Shown: one piece after another, positions 19,906-30,958 of the stretch
Layout: the number at the start of each line of letters is the position of its first letter
Numbering within the stretch: the stretch's first letter is position 1
Origin: Lachnospiraceae bacterium
GTDB lineage: Bacteria; Bacillota; Clostridia; Lachnospirales; Lachnospiraceae
Assembly: GCA_036653135.1 (NCBI GenBank)
Contig: JAVVUO010000009.1
Location: 890-64,889, forward strand
DNA: 64,000 nucleotides
Direction: 5' to 3'
The notes under the pieces: model-generated
What the model was told of the DNA's origin: nothing
Databases searched by the model: none
Seen by the model: the letters and a program-made list of their open reading frames with translations, nothing else
Translations under genes and position numbers: made by a program

Positions 19906-20748
19906 TTAATCCTCTTCTATACTTTGTACACAATTATGCATTAACATGGCAATAGTCATAGGTCCAACACCACCTGGAACAGGGGTGATAGCAGAGGCTA
20001 CCACTGCTGCTTCTTCAAACTTTACATCTCCACATAATTTGTTATGTACATTGCGATGCATTCCTACATCAATGACAACCCCTCCTTCTTTAATATAGTC
20101 TGCCCCTATCAACTGCGCTTTTCCAATTGCTACAATGAGAATATCTGCCTGCTTACATAGTTCCTTTAAGTTTTGAGTACGAGAATGAGCAATGGTAACC
20201 GTTGCATTTTCTCGTAGCATCAAAAGTGCCATGGGTTTTCCCACAATATTGCTTCTTCCAATTACAACACAGTGTTTCCCTTCTATCTCTATATTAGTAT
20301 GTTTCAAAAGCTGTATGATTCCCGCCGGTGTACAAGGTAAAAAGCCAGGTTCCCCAATGGTCATAGCTCCCACGCTTTGAGGATGAAAGCCATCTACATC
20401 TTTTCTAGGATGAATTGCCTGGATAATATGGTCTTCACAAATATGTTTTGGAAGTGGCAGCTGTACTAAAATTCCCTTTACTTCTTTTTGATTGTTCAAT
20501 TCCTCTATTCGTGCAAGAAGTTCTTCTTCTGATGTGGTTTCCGGTAACTCATATGATAAAGATTCAATTCCAATATAGGCACATGCATTTTTCTTATTTC
20601 TTACATAGACACTAGATGCCGGATCTGCACCTACTTGTATTACTGCCAATGCTCCTGTTTTTCCTTCTGCTTTTAATTTTGTTACTTTTTTCTTTAATTC
20701 ATCTTTGATTTCTTGAGAAATCTTTTTTCCATCAATTAGTTCTGCCAC
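19906..20748 (-). CDS. folD: Methylenetetrahydrofolate dehydrogenase/cyclohydrolase
   Basis: YVRNKKNAC, KDVDGFHP, PCTPAG, GRSNIVGKP, TPVPGGVGPMT. Confidence 0.97.
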   Translation of the reverse strand: MAELIDGKKISQEIKDELKKKVTKLKAEGKTGALAVIQVGADPASSVYVRNKKNACAYIGIESLSYELPETTSEEELLARIEELNNQKEVKGILVQLPLPKHICEDHIIQAIHPRKDVDGFHPQSVGAMTIGEPGFLPCTPAGIIQLLKHTNIEIEGKHCVVIGRSNIVGKPMALLMLRENATVTIAHSRTQNLKELCKQADILIVAIGKAQLIGADYIKEGGVVIDVGMHRNVHNKLCGDVKFEEAAVVASAITPVPGGVGPMTIAMLMHNCVQSIEED

Positions 20749-20832
20749 AATCCTCTTCCCTTCTTATTTCCAGCCATTCTTCATTTTATCCAGTTTTTCT
20801 AGTTGTCTATCATTTATCTGCTTTATCTATTT

Positions 20833-22503
20833 TTAAAATAATCCGGTAATTACACCAGTATTGTCTACATCAATTTGATTTGCCGCCGGCTGTTTTGGTA
20901 ATCCTGGCATAGTCATAATTGCTCCCGTTACGGCAACTACAAATCCGGCTCCGGCAGATACATATACTTCACGCACCTGAATGGTAAATCCAGTAGGACG
21001 TCCTAGTTTTGTTTGGTCATCGGATAAAGAATACTGTGTTTTTGCCATACAAACTGGAAAACTTCCCATTCCAAGCTCTTCTATGCGTTTTAACTCTTTT
21101 AATGCTAAAGAACTATAGGTAACACCATCAGCACCATAAATTTCCTTTGCCACTGTTTCAATTTTATCCTTTAAAGAAAGTTCATCTTGATAAAGAGGTT
21201 GAAAATGGCTTTCTTTTTCTGAAAGTGTCTGCAATACTTTTTTGGCCAGTGCAATTCCACCTTCTCCGCCCTTTTCCCAAACTTGTGACAATGCAAACTC
21301 ACAACCACGTTCCTTACAAAATGCTTCAATATAATTTGTTTCTGCCTGAGTATCTGTGATAAAAGAATTTAATGTCACTACTACAGGAACACCATATTTT
21401 TGTAAATTTTCAATATGCTTTTCCAAATTTACAATTCCTTGTTCCAATGCAGGTAAATTCTCTTTTGATAATTCTGCTTTCGCAACTCCACCATTGTATT
21501 TCAATGCCCGAACCGTTGCCACTAAAACTACTGCGTCCGGCTTTAATCCTGCCATTCTGCACTTAATATCCATAAACTTTTCTGCACCTAAATCCGCACC
21601 AAATCCTGCCTCTGTTACCACATAATCTGCCAGTTTTAATGCTGTCTTAGTAGCACGGACACTGTTACAACCATGTGCTATATTCGCAAATGGTCCACCA
21701 TGAATAATTGCTGGCGTATGTTCTAAAGTTTGAATCAGATTTGGTTTCAATGCATCTTTTAATAAGGCAGCCATAGAACCCGTTGCCTGTAAATCATCTG
21801 CTGTTACCGGTTTTCCTGCAAAGGTATATGCCACAATCATACGTCCTAACCGTTTCTTTAAATCCGACATATTATCTGCTAAACAAAGTACCGCCATAAT
21901 TTCAGATGCCACTGTAATTACAAAATGATCTTCTCTTACCATTCCATCCATTTTCGTTCCTAAACCTACCACCACATTTCGAAGCACTCTGTCATTCATA
22001 TCAAGACAACGCTTCCATACAATCTGCCTAGGATCAATTTCAAGAGAATTGCCTTGTTGAATATGATTATCCAGTAATGCCGCCAATAAATTATTTGCAG
22101 AAGTAATGGCATGAAAATCACCAGTAAAATGTAAATTCAAATCTTCCATTGGAACCACTTGGGCATATCCACCTCCAGCAGCACCACCTTTAATACCAAA
22201 ACAAGGTCCTAACGAAGGTTCTCGTAACGCAAGCACTGCCTTTTTTCCGAGTTTTCCAAACGCTTCTCCTAATCCTACACTGGTGGTAGTTTTTCCCTCT
22301 CCTGCTGGAGTTGGATTAATTGCAGTAACTAAAATCAGTTTACCATCTGGATTACTTTTTACACGCTCCATAAGCTCATCGGACAATTTGGCTTTATATT
22401 TTCCATATAATTCCAATTCATCTTCTGAAATAGCAAGCTGCGCTGCAACTTCCTTAATATGAATCATTTCTGCTTCTTGTGCAATCTGAATGTCTGTTTT
22501 CAT
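20833..22503 (-). CDS. fhs: Formate-tetrahydrofolate ligase
   Basis: [39 protein letters not shown]. Confidence 0.97.
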   Translation of the reverse strand: MKTDIQIAQEAEMIHIKEVAAQLAISEDELELYGKYKAKLSDELMERVKSNPDGKLILVTAINPTPAGEGKTTTSVGLGEAFGKLGKKAVLALREPSLGPCFGIKGGAAGGGYAQVVPMEDLNLHFTGDFHAITSANNLLAALLDNHIQQGNSLEIDPRQIVWKRCLDMNDRVLRNVVVGLGTKMDGMVREDHFVITVASEIMAVLCLADNMSDLKKRLGRMIVAYTFAGKPVTADDLQATGSMAALLKDALKPNLIQTLEHTPAIIHGGPFANIAHGCNSVRATKTALKLADYVVTEAGFGADLGAEKFMDIKCRMAGLKPDAVVLVATVRALKYNGGVAKAELSKENLPALEQGIVNLEKHIENLQKYGVPVVVTLNSFITDTQAETNYIEAFCKERGCEFALSQVWEKGGEGGIALAKKVLQTLSEKESHFQPLYQDELSLKDKIETVAKEIYGADGVTYSSLALKELKRIEELGMGSFPVCMAKTQYSLSDDQTKLGRPTGFTIQVREVYVSAGAGFVVAVTGAIMTMPGLPKQPAANQIDVDNTGVITGLF

Positions 22504-22518
22504 TTTTCATCCTCCATA

Positions 22519-25131
22519 TTAAATGTATTCTTCTACATATTCCTCAAATTCTGACAATGACATCAGAATTTTTCTAGGCTTGGTTCCATCTTCTGTTCCT
22601 ACGACACCGGATTCTTCTAATTGATCCATAATTCTAGCTGCCCTGTTAAATCCGATTTTAAACATCCGCTGGAGCATGCCAATAGAACCCTTGTCTTTCT
22701 CTATTACAAATTTGCCTGCTTCTACAAAATAAGCATCTCGGTCGTCTCCTTTACTGCTTCCATCTAAAGACTCATTACCGTTTACTGCACGATTCATTTT
22801 TTCTTCCATTTCTGCACTGTATACCACGGTACTTTGTTTTTTCAAAAAGTCTACTACTGCTTCCACTTCTGTATCAGATACGAAAGGACCTTGTACACGT
22901 AAGGGTTTTTGATAACCTTGAGGGTAAAATAGCATATCGCCATTTCCCAACAATTTTTCTGCCCCATTCATATCCAGTATGGTTCGTGAATCTACACCGG
23001 AAGACACGGAAAAAGCAATTCGCGAAGGCATATTTGCCTTAATTAATCCAGTAATAACATCTACGGAAGGTCTTTGTGTAGCAATAATCAAGTGAATCCC
23101 CGCCGCTCTTGCCAGCTGAGCCAAACGACAAATTGCATCCTCCACATCTCCTGGAGCTACCATCATCAAATCCGCTAACTCATCTACTACAATGACAATC
23201 TGAGGCATTTTTTGAGGCTTTGTTTCATCTTCTATTTCTTCAATTGCCTCCACTTTTTGATTATATCCTTTTAAATCACGAACCTGATATTCTGCAAACT
23301 TTTGATACCGATCTGTCATTTCAGCAACGGCCCAGTGAAGAGCACCAGCTGCTTTCTTTGGATCAGTAACCACTGGTATAAAAAGGTGTGGAATTCCATT
23401 GTATACACTTAGTTCTACTACTTTTGGATCAATGAGAATTAATTTTACATCTTCCGGATTGGCTTTATAAAGAATACTCATGATAATGGTATTAATACAA
23501 ACAGATTTACCTGAACCGGTAGCGCCAGCAATGAGTAAATGGGGCATTTTTGCAATATCTGCAACCACGACTTGTCCCCCAATATCCTTTCCGGCTGTAA
23601 AACAAATACTGGATTTATGTTTTTGAAAATCTCCTGACTCTATCATATCTCGAAAACGTACCATTACATTTTCTTTATTGGGTACTTCAATCCCTACTGC
23701 TGCTTTTCCAGGGATAGGAGCCTCAATCCGAATATCTGCCGCAGCTAAATTTAATTTAATATCATCTGCTAAATTTACAATTTTACTAACTTTTACACCC
23801 ATCTCTGGCTGTAACTCATATCTAGTAACAGAAGGCCCGCAGCTTACCTGAGTAATAGTAACATTTACCCCAAACGTCTTTAAGGTCTGCTGCAGCTTTA
23901 TAGCCGTTTCCTGTAAATGCTTTTTGGTATCCCCTTGTGCATTGGTACCTTTTGTAAGCAATTCTACAGGAGGAAATACATACGTTCTTTCTATTTCTTT
24001 TTGTGAAACAGAACCTAGTTCCATTTCCTTGGAAATTTCTTTTGCTATTTCCGTTTCGGTTTCTTCTTTGACTATTTTCTCCGGTTTTGGATTTCTATGT
24101 ACTTTTTCTACCACAACAGGCTCTGGAATGATATTTTCTGGTTCTAGCTGAATAAAAGGAACCTCGTTTTCTTCTATGGGAACTTTGGTTATTTTAGCAG
24201 ACTCTATGGGAATAGAATCCATTTCAAATGGTTTTGCATGAATTACTGGTAATTCAGCAGGTTCCATGGATAGGGGGATTTCTTCCACCGGCTCATGACA
24301 TACCTCTTTATTTGCTGCAAACAAGTTATCTCTTACTTCTTTGGAAAAAGCTGTTTCTACTGGTGCGGTTAATTCACTGATATTATCTGATTTTCCTTTT
24401 CGTGAGTTTCCTATTTTAGTGTCAATTGCCACGCCTTCTACTTTATTGTCCATACGAAGTGCACGTTCTTCTCGTTTCAGTTCTTTCACTTCCCGACGTT
24501 TTTGTGCATCCTCTTTTGCAGTATCATAAACCTTCTGACTGCCCTTTTTGACTCCCCCTAAAAAAGAACGTTCTGTGAGAATTACCATAGAAATAATCAA
24601 TGCAATAATATCCACCACATACGCCCCTAGCTTACCAATAGCAGGACATAACAGCCACGCAAAAAAGCCGCCTACTGCACCACCGCCACTTCTATTTGCC
24701 ACCGCATAGGAAAAAGAAGCTTTAACCGAATAGATATTCTCATTTCCTGCGACCAATTCTACAAATAAGCACAAAAACACTACAAACATAAGCGCTGCTA
24801 CTAATTTGAAGATGGCAATTCCATTTTTTCGATTGGAAATAAAGAATGCTGCTCCAATAAAAAAACAGATAGGAGATACATATGCCATAATACCGAATAT
24901 TCCAAAATTTACGGAACTTACTTTGTTGCCCAAAAAACCACCAATTCCTAAATTACTGATAAATAGCAGAATACAAATTGCTAAAATAGATAACAGAATT
25001 ACTTCATCTCGAAACGATTCCTGCTGCTGGCGGGATGCTCTAGTCGTTGATTTTCTCCCAGTTTGACTTTTTCTGACTGTATTTTTTGTGTTTCCTCTTG
25101 CTGTATTATTTTTAGGCTTTGCCGCCATCAT
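22519..25131 (-). CDS. ftsK: DNA translocase FtsK/SpoIIIE
   Basis: N-terminal TM domain, [30 protein letters not shown], gamma domain [12 protein letters not shown]. Confidence 0.95.
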   Translation of the reverse strand: MMAAKPKNNTARGNTKNTVRKSQTGRKSTTRASRQQQESFRDEVILLSILAICILLFISNLGIGGFLGNKVSSVNFGIFGIMAYVSPICFFIGAAFFISNRKNGIAIFKLVAALMFVVFLCLFVELVAGNENIYSVKASFSYAVANRSGGGAVGGFFAWLLCPAIGKLGAYVVDIIALIISMVILTERSFLGGVKKGSQKVYDTAKEDAQKRREVKELKREERALRMDNKVEGVAIDTKIGNSRKGKSDNISELTAPVETAFSKEVRDNLFAANKEVCHEPVEEIPLSMEPAELPVIHAKPFEMDSIPIESAKITKVPIEENEVPFIQLEPENIIPEPVVVEKVHRNPKPEKIVKEETETEIAKEISKEMELGSVSQKEIERTYVFPPVELLTKGTNAQGDTKKHLQETAIKLQQTLKTFGVNVTITQVSCGPSVTRYELQPEMGVKVSKIVNLADDIKLNLAAADIRIEAPIPGKAAVGIEVPNKENVMVRFRDMIESGDFQKHKSSICFTAGKDIGGQVVVADIAKMPHLLIAGATGSGKSVCINTIIMSILYKANPEDVKLILIDPKVVELSVYNGIPHLFIPVVTDPKKAAGALHWAVAEMTDRYQKFAEYQVRDLKGYNQKVEAIEEIEDETKPQKMPQIVIVVDELADLMMVAPGDVEDAICRLAQLARAAGIHLIIATQRPSVDVITGLIKANMPSRIAFSVSSGVDSRTILDMNGAEKLLGNGDMLFYPQGYQKPLRVQGPFVSDTEVEAVVDFLKKQSTVVYSAEMEEKMNRAVNGNESLDGSSKGDDRDAYFVEAGKFVIEKDKGSIGMLQRMFKIGFNRAARIMDQLEESGVVGTEDGTKPRKILMSLSEFEEYVEEYI

Positions 25132-25252
25132 TACTTCCTCCTAAATCAAAAACACTCTCTATGATGTCTTTTTACGCATAAATAACGCTTCACTAATAAT
25201 CTAACGCAAAGCGCTATTTACATTTTAGCATATTTATACAAACTTGTCATTA

Positions 25253-25948
25253 TTACTTTTTTGTTTTTTCCTCAATCATTTTATGCAATTTTTCCATTGC
25301 TTCTGCAATTCCACCTACTTCATTGATAATTCCCTCGGCTACGGCTTGTCTTCCTACCAAAATAGTTCCCAAATCTTTGGTAAGCATACTGGTATTTAAC
25401 ATCATCTTTTCTAATCTTGCCTGATTGGCAAAACAATGGTCTGCAATAAATCCTGTAATGCGATCTTGTATTTGCTGAAAATATTGATAGGTTTGTGGGG
25501 CTCCAATTACCATTCCATTTAATCTCACTGGATGAATTACCATAGTTCCAGATGGTACAATATAAGAGTAATCCGTTGAAACTGCCAATGGAACTCCAAT
25601 AGAATGGCTTCCGCCTAATACTAGCGATACCGTGGGTTTACTTAAAGAACTAATCATTTCTGCAATGGCAAGACCTGACTCTACATCTCCTCCTACGGTA
25701 TTGATAATTACCAATACACCATCTATCGTTTCATCATCTTCAATAGAGGCTAACTTAGGAAGAACATGTTCGTATTTTGTTGTTTTGGTGTTTGAGGACA
25801 ACGTTTCATGTCCTTCGATTTCACCAATGATAGAAAGAAGATGAATCTTATGTTTTTCTTTTCCCTGCTCTAAGGTTAATTGACCCATTTCTCTTATTTC
25901 ATCATTTTCACTTTCGTTTTTTTCCTGCTGTCTATTATTTTCTTTCAT
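25253..25948 (-). CDS. tepA: ClpP-like protease, TepA family
   Basis: IEGH...TTKYEHVLP, NTVGGDVESGLAIAE, GGSHSIGVP, IHP; upstream of spoIIIE as in Bacillus. Confidence 0.85.
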   Translation of the reverse strand: MKENNRQQEKNESENDEIREMGQLTLEQGKEKHKIHLLSIIGEIEGHETLSSNTKTTKYEHVLPKLASIEDDETIDGVLVIINTVGGDVESGLAIAEMISSLSKPTVSLVLGGSHSIGVPLAVSTDYSYIVPSGTMVIHPVRLNGMVIGAPQTYQYFQQIQDRITGFIADHCFANQARLEKMMLNTSMLTKDLGTILVGRQAVAEGIINEVGGIAEAMEKLHKMIEEKTKK

Positions 25949-25991
25949 ATAAAAACTTCCCTTCCTATGTGCCGGCAATACGGTTTTCACA

Positions 25992-26021
25992 TAGTATGGG
26001 AAGTTTTCTTTTATTTTATCC
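25992..26021 (-). promoter_or_regulatory. Putative sigG promoter of tepA
   Basis: Minus strand GGATA-N18-CATACTA matches the sigG consensus. Confidence 0.6.
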
Positions 26022-26076
26022 TTCTTTGGTAATGATTGAGTATGAAAGATATCGGATTATATTATTAAATTTTGAT

Positions 26077-27537
26077 TTAACATTCACCCATGAGGTACCG
26101 ATATAGTCCTTCGTACCGGAATTTAGAAGCATTCCATGAATAATCATTTGCCATAGCACGGTCTACCATCTGGTTCCATTGACGTTTTTTATCAAAATAA
26201 ATATGTTTAGCATAATTTATGGTATTTAGCATTTCTTCTCCATTATAATTTTGAAATGAAAAACCATCTCCTGTATTATCATATTCGTTATAAGAGTGTA
26301 CGGTATCCTTTAATCCACCTGTTTCACGAACAATAGGAATGGTTCCATAACGGAAAGAAATCATCTGGGTTAATCCGCAAGGTTCAAAACGTGATGGCAT
26401 TAAAAATGCATCTGCAGCAGCATAGAGCTTATGTGCCAAGTCATCAGAATAACAAATATTAGCAGAAATTCTATCCGGATATTTCCACGCATAGTGACGG
26501 AACAAATTCTCATATTGAGATTCTCCAGTTCCAATTACTACAAACTGAGTATATTCATCTGAAATTCGTTCTATTACATAGTTGATTAAATCCAGTCCTT
26601 TTTGATCGGTCAAACGTGAAATAAGACCTATCATAAAACGTTTCTTATCTACCGCAAGTCCAAGTTCTTCCTGAAGTTTCATCTTATTCATGCATTTTTT
26701 CTTACGGTGGCTCTCTGCGTCATAATTCACAAATAGTTTTTCATCTGTGGCTGGGTTATAAACATCATAGTCAATTCCATTGACTATTCCCTGTAAATCC
26801 ATGTGTCTAGCATGAAGCAGTCCGTTAAGACCCTCTCCATAATAGTTTGTTTGAATTTCTTGTGCATAAGTATCGCTTACCGTTGTAATGTAGTCTGCAT
26901 ATACCAATCCACCCTTTAACATATTGCCATCTTTTTTAAATTCTAACTTATCTGGCACAAATAAATTGGTGGGAAATCCGGTAAGTCCTTTCATAATCTT
27001 AGTATCCCAAATTCCTTGAAATTTAAGGTTATGAATGGTCATAATGGATTTCATTCCCCAAAAGAACATATCTCCTTGAAACTCCGTTTTTAGATATACT
27101 GGAATAAAGCCAGTTTCCCAATCATGGCAGTGAATAATATCAGGCTGAAAATTCACTAAGGGTAGCATAGATAATACTGCTTTATCAAAAAAGACGAATT
27201 TCTCAATATCAAATCGAATATCTCCATATGGCAAAATACAATCAAAATACTCTTGATTATCAATAAAGTAATAGGTGATTCCATCTAGCTTATATTGTAA
27301 AATACCTACATACTTATTTTGAATTACATTTCCACAGCCCATATAAAAATGAGTTACATATTCAAACTGATTTCTCCATTTCTCCGAAATACAGCTATAA
27401 TTAGGAAGAACTACTCTCACATCCCAATCTTCCTTATTAAATTCTTTTGGTAAGGCACCACATACATCTGCCAATCCTCCCGTTTTAATAAATGGTACAC
27501 ATTCTGATGCTGCAAATAAAATTTTTTTCATTTCCAT
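26077..27537 (-). CDS. glgA: Glycogen synthase
   Basis: KTGGLADV, HCHDWETG, PSRFEPCGLTQM, RETGGLKDTV. Confidence 0.95.
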   Translation of the reverse strand: MEMKKILFAASECVPFIKTGGLADVCGALPKEFNKEDWDVRVVLPNYSCISEKWRNQFEYVTHFYMGCGNVIQNKYVGILQYKLDGITYYFIDNQEYFDCILPYGDIRFDIEKFVFFDKAVLSMLPLVNFQPDIIHCHDWETGFIPVYLKTEFQGDMFFWGMKSIMTIHNLKFQGIWDTKIMKGLTGFPTNLFVPDKLEFKKDGNMLKGGLVYADYITTVSDTYAQEIQTNYYGEGLNGLLHARHMDLQGIVNGIDYDVYNPATDEKLFVNYDAESHRKKKCMNKMKLQEELGLAVDKKRFMIGLISRLTDQKGLDLINYVIERISDEYTQFVVIGTGESQYENLFRHYAWKYPDRISANICYSDDLAHKLYAAADAFLMPSRFEPCGLTQMISFRYGTIPIVRETGGLKDTVHSYNEYDNTGDGFSFQNYNGEEMLNTINYAKHIYFDKKRQWNQMVDRAMANDYSWNASKFRYEGLYRYLMGEC

Positions 27538-27560
27538 CCTCCCTATTGTCCTTATGTGTA

Positions 27561-28841
27561 TTATATATTGTCCATTGCCTGCTTTAAATCTGCAATAATA
27601 TCTTCTACATTTTCAATTCCTACAGAAAGGCGAATCAAATCCGGTGCAACTCCTGCTTCTAATAACTGCGCATCTGTCATTTGTCTATGAGTATGGCTTG
27701 CTGGGTGAAGTACACAAGTTCTTGCATCTGCTACATGAGTTACAATTGCAACAAGATTTAATTGATCCATAAATTCTACGGAAACATCTCTTCCACCTTT
27801 TAAACCAAAAGAAATCACTCCACAAGTACCATTTGGCATATATTTTTGTGCCAGACTGTAATATTTATTATCTGTAAGTCCAGCATAATTAACCCAAGCT
27901 ACTTTTTCATTGCTGTTTAAAAATTCTGCTACTTTTTTAGCATTTTCACAATGTCTTGGAACTCTTAAATGCAAGGTTTCCAATCCTACATTTAGTAAAA
28001 ATGCATTCTGTGGTGACTGAATAGATCCTAAATCACGCATAAGCTGTACGGTAGCTTTAGTAATATACGCACCTTTTCCAAACTTATCGGTATATGCAAT
28101 TCCGTGATATGTGGGGTCGGGCTGGGTTAATCCTGGAAATTTATCTCCATGACTGTTCCAGTCAAAATTGCCACTGTCTACAATACATCCTCCTACACAC
28201 ATTGCATGACCGTCCATGTATTTTGTAGTGGAATGTGTTACAATATCTGCGCCCCATTCAAAAGGACGGCAATTGATGGGAGTTGCAAAGGTATTATCTA
28301 AGATTAATGGAACTCCATGCCCATGTGCCAAACGTACAAATTTTTCAATATCCAAAACTACCAATGCCGGGTTTGCGATGGTTTCTGCAAACAATACTTT
28401 GGTGTTGGGTTTAAATGCTTTGGCTATTTCATCTTCAGTAGCATCTGGATCAACAAAGGTACAATCAATCCCCTGTTTTTTCATGGTTGCACCAAAAAGA
28501 TTAAATGTTCCGCCATATACTGTAGATGAACATACAATATGATCTCCTGCTTCACAAATATTAAACACTGCGTAGTAATTAGCTGCCTGTCCAGAAGAAG
28601 TAAGCATTGCTGCCACACCACCTTCTAATTCACAGATTTTTTGTGCAACTGCATCATTGGTAGGATTTTGTAGGCGAGTATAAAAATAGCCTTCTTCTTC
28701 TAAATCAAACAATTTTCCCATCTGCTCACTAGTATCATACTTAAATGTTGTGCTCTGATAAATAGGAAGTACTCTTGGTTCTCCCTTCTTGGGATGCCAG
28801 CCGGACTGAATGCATTTCGTTTCAATTTTGTAATTGCTCAT
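27561..28841 (-). CDS. metY: O-acetylhomoserine aminocarboxypropyltransferase (MetY family)
   Basis: PIYQSTTF, YTRLQNPT, HSTTKYMDGH (PLP Lys), HPASHTHRQM, IRLSVGIE. Confidence 0.9.
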   Translation of the reverse strand: MSNYKIETKCIQSGWHPKKGEPRVLPIYQSTTFKYDTSEQMGKLFDLEEEGYFYTRLQNPTNDAVAQKICELEGGVAAMLTSSGQAANYYAVFNICEAGDHIVCSSTVYGGTFNLFGATMKKQGIDCTFVDPDATEDEIAKAFKPNTKVLFAETIANPALVVLDIEKFVRLAHGHGVPLILDNTFATPINCRPFEWGADIVTHSTTKYMDGHAMCVGGCIVDSGNFDWNSHGDKFPGLTQPDPTYHGIAYTDKFGKGAYITKATVQLMRDLGSIQSPQNAFLLNVGLETLHLRVPRHCENAKKVAEFLNSNEKVAWVNYAGLTDNKYYSLAQKYMPNGTCGVISFGLKGGRDVSVEFMDQLNLVAIVTHVADARTCVLHPASHTHRQMTDAQLLEAGVAPDLIRLSVGIENVEDIIADLKQAMDNI

Positions 28842-28936
28842 GTTGTCTCCTCCTGAAAATATATTCGTTGCTTATAATTTTAACACAACTGATAGAATTT
28901 CGCTAGATATTATATGAAAAAGGTTGTTGTTCAATG

Positions 28937-29770
28937 TCATCTATATACAATTTTTTCCCATCCAATTAATAATATACCAAAAAAAATGATGATATCTAAC
29001 AAAAGCAATGTCATTACTGAATGAACAACACCAAATAAATATAAAATAGTGAATACTTCTATGGATAGCAGAACAAAACATGAAAAATTTGTAATATAAT
29101 TTAGAATGAGCCTACTGTATATGACTTTTCCCTGTAGCCATTGCTTGATAAATGGTGGTAATATCAGACGGATTACAACACACAAAATAGGATAGATAAA
29201 GATGAATATTTTGTTCATTTCAGAACTCACCCCAGTTTCATTCCATTGTACCGGTATTTTATTTGGAAGATACGGAAAGGATAAAATGGAAAAGATAAAA
29301 CATAACAAAGTAAGAATTTTCCATACAGTAAATCCTCCCAGTCTGTCAATGAAATTAGCGGAATCCACTTTAAAAATCTTAGTATTTTCTTTCCAATATT
29401 TTTTTATTTCAGTTATATAATCCTCCACATGCAAATTTTCATAATTTAGATTTTTAGAAAGAAGCATTTTCTTACACATGTTTTGTGCATTTTGCATTTC
29501 ATTTATTTGAGTACTAAGTACCTGCTCTTGATTTCTTACTATTTCTAAAAGTGAATGTTCACCGCTGATTATTTTTTTTATTTCTATGACCGAAATACCA
29601 ATCGTTCGTAAATACGCTATTTTTTTTATATTGTCAATATCTTCTTCTGAATATTCTCTGTAACCGCTATTTGAATTTCGAGAAGGTAATAATAAATGTT
29701 GTTTCTCGTAAAAACGTATGTTTGAGCGCGTCAAACCTGTCTTTTCTTCTACCTCTTTTATTTGCATCAA
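28937..29770 (-). CDS. MerR-family regulator fused to a DUF1648-like membrane domain
   Basis: N-terminal IKEVEEKTGLTRSNIRFYEKQHLLLPSRNSNSGYREYS; C-terminal four TM segments with LPNKIPVQWN. Confidence 0.8.
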   Translation of the reverse strand: MMQIKEVEEKTGLTRSNIRFYEKQHLLLPSRNSNSGYREYSEEDIDNIKKIAYLRTIGISVIEIKKIISGEHSLLEIVRNQEQVLSTQINEMQNAQNMCKKMLLSKNLNYENLHVEDYITEIKKYWKENTKIFKVDSANFIDRLGGFTVWKILTLLCFIFSILSFPYLPNKIPVQWNETGVSSEMNKIFIFIYPILCVVIRLILPPFIKQWLQGKVIYSRLILNYITNFSCFVLLSIEVFTILYLFGVVHSVMTLLLLDIIIFFGILLIGWEKIVYR

Positions 29771-29799
29771 TAAATCCTCCTGTTTTGTTTATCCCTTAC

Positions 29800-29829
29800 T
29801 ATTACAGTATAAACAAGGTTTACAGTCAA
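29800..29829 (-). promoter_or_regulatory. Possible MerR-type promoter/operator
   Basis: TTGACT followed by the imperfect dyad GTAAAC-CTT-GTTTAT; the -10 is ambiguous. Confidence 0.35.
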
Positions 29830-29861
29830 GCGGAATCCTCATTATAGAGTAAAAATGATGA

Positions 29862-29946
29862 AAAAAGAATCCTGCTTGCAGGATTCTCCAGCTGCGGAAG
29901 GTCAATTTATTGACCTATTACATCTTTGCCGCAGTGTGATCCTCAC
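29862..29946 (-). repeat. Dispersed 85-bp element, copy 1 (homologous to 56858-56942)
   Basis: Hand alignment 71/85 identical, no gaps; includes the palindrome AGAATCCTGC-AA-GCAGGATTCT plus a U-tract. Confidence 0.9.
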
Positions 29947-29988
29947 GGAGTGCTTTTTATTACAGAGGGGGCACTTTCCTATGTAATG

Positions 29989-30035
29989 AAAAAAGACTCT
30001 TTCCATTATCACGCATGATATAGGAAAGAGTCTTT
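29989..30035 (-). terminator. Intrinsic terminator downstream of yebC
   Basis: 13-bp AAAGACTCTTTCC/GGAAAGAGTCTTT stem with inner TATCA/TGATA, T-run on the minus strand. Confidence 0.75.
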
Positions 30036-30152
30036 ACAAGTGCAGTTCTAGAAGCGGTCTTCGTAAAAACTCACTCGCAAGCGGTGCATCCCTCTTCTAG
30101 AACAAGTGCGGTTCTAGAAGCGGTCTTCGTAAAAACTCACTCGCAAGCGGTG
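30036..30152. repeat. Direct repeat of 51 bp (30036-30086 and 30102-30152)
   Basis: ACAAGTGC(A/G)GTTCTAGAAGCGGTCTTCGTAAAAACTCACTCGCAAGCGGTG twice, one mismatch, 15-bp spacer. Confidence 0.95.
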
Positions 30153-30157
30153 AGTTT

Positions 30158-30886
30158 TTACTCATCCCAGTTTGTGAATACGGCTTGGACATCGTCGTCT
30201 TCGTCTAGGAGGTCTAATGTTTTTTGTAAGGATTTCACAGCGTTTTCTTCTGTTAACTCCACATAATTTTGGGGAATCATGGTGACTTCTGCTGAAATCA
30301 TGGTAATATTCTCTGCTTCTAATTTTTGGCGTACTTCATAAAAAAGATCAGGATCGGTTATAATTTCAAAGCTGTCTTCTTCTTCTGAGAAATCTTCTGC
30401 TCCTGCATCTAATGCAATCATCATTAAATCATCGGCATCTATTTCACATTCTTCTTTGTCTAGAATGATTTGACCTTTTTTATCAAACATATAGGATACA
30501 CACCCTGGTGTTCCAATGTTTCCATTTCCCTTGGTAAATGCACTTCTTACATTTGCAGCGGTACGGTTCTTATTGTCTGTTAATGCATCTACAATAATAG
30601 CAATGCCGTTTGGTCCATATCCTTCATAAGATACATACTCATAATTAACAGATGCGGCATCTCCTGCGGCTTTTTTAATTCCTCGGTCAATGGTATCATT
30701 TGGCATATTGTTTGCTTTTGCCTTGACAATGACATCACGCAGTCTGCTGTTATTGTCTGGGTCAGAGCCACCTTCTTTTACGGCTACTGCAAGTTCTCTT
30801 CCTATAATGGTAAAAACCTTGCCCTTTGCCGCATCATTCTTTTCTTTTCTATGCTTAATATTTGCAAATTTAGAATGTCCTGACAT
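30158..30886 (-). CDS. yebC: YebC/PmpR-family protein
   Basis: MSGHSKFANIKHRK, YEGYGPNG, TDNKNRT. Confidence 0.95.
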   Translation of the reverse strand: MSGHSKFANIKHRKEKNDAAKGKVFTIIGRELAVAVKEGGSDPDNNSRLRDVIVKAKANNMPNDTIDRGIKKAAGDAASVNYEYVSYEGYGPNGIAIIVDALTDNKNRTAANVRSAFTKGNGNIGTPGCVSYMFDKKGQIILDKEECEIDADDLMMIALDAGAEDFSEEEDSFEIITDPDLFYEVRQKLEAENITMISAEVTMIPQNYVELTEENAVKSLQKTLDLLDEDDDVQAVFTNWDE

Positions 30887-30958
30887 ATGTTTTCCTCTTT
30901 TCTATTTCTCTTTTTCTTATGATTTTAATATGTATGTGCGCTAGCACAACAATCTTTG

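Noticed and set aside
22504-22518. ZTP or THF riboswitch upstream of fhs-folD
   Set aside because: Only 15 bp separate ftsK and fhs
23398-23408. ATTGTATACAC, a GntR-operator-like site
   Set aside because: Inside the ftsK coding region, imperfect, likely chance
28842-28936. SAM riboswitch or T-box upstream of metY
   Set aside because: The 95-bp AT-rich gap has no recognisable aptamer or terminator
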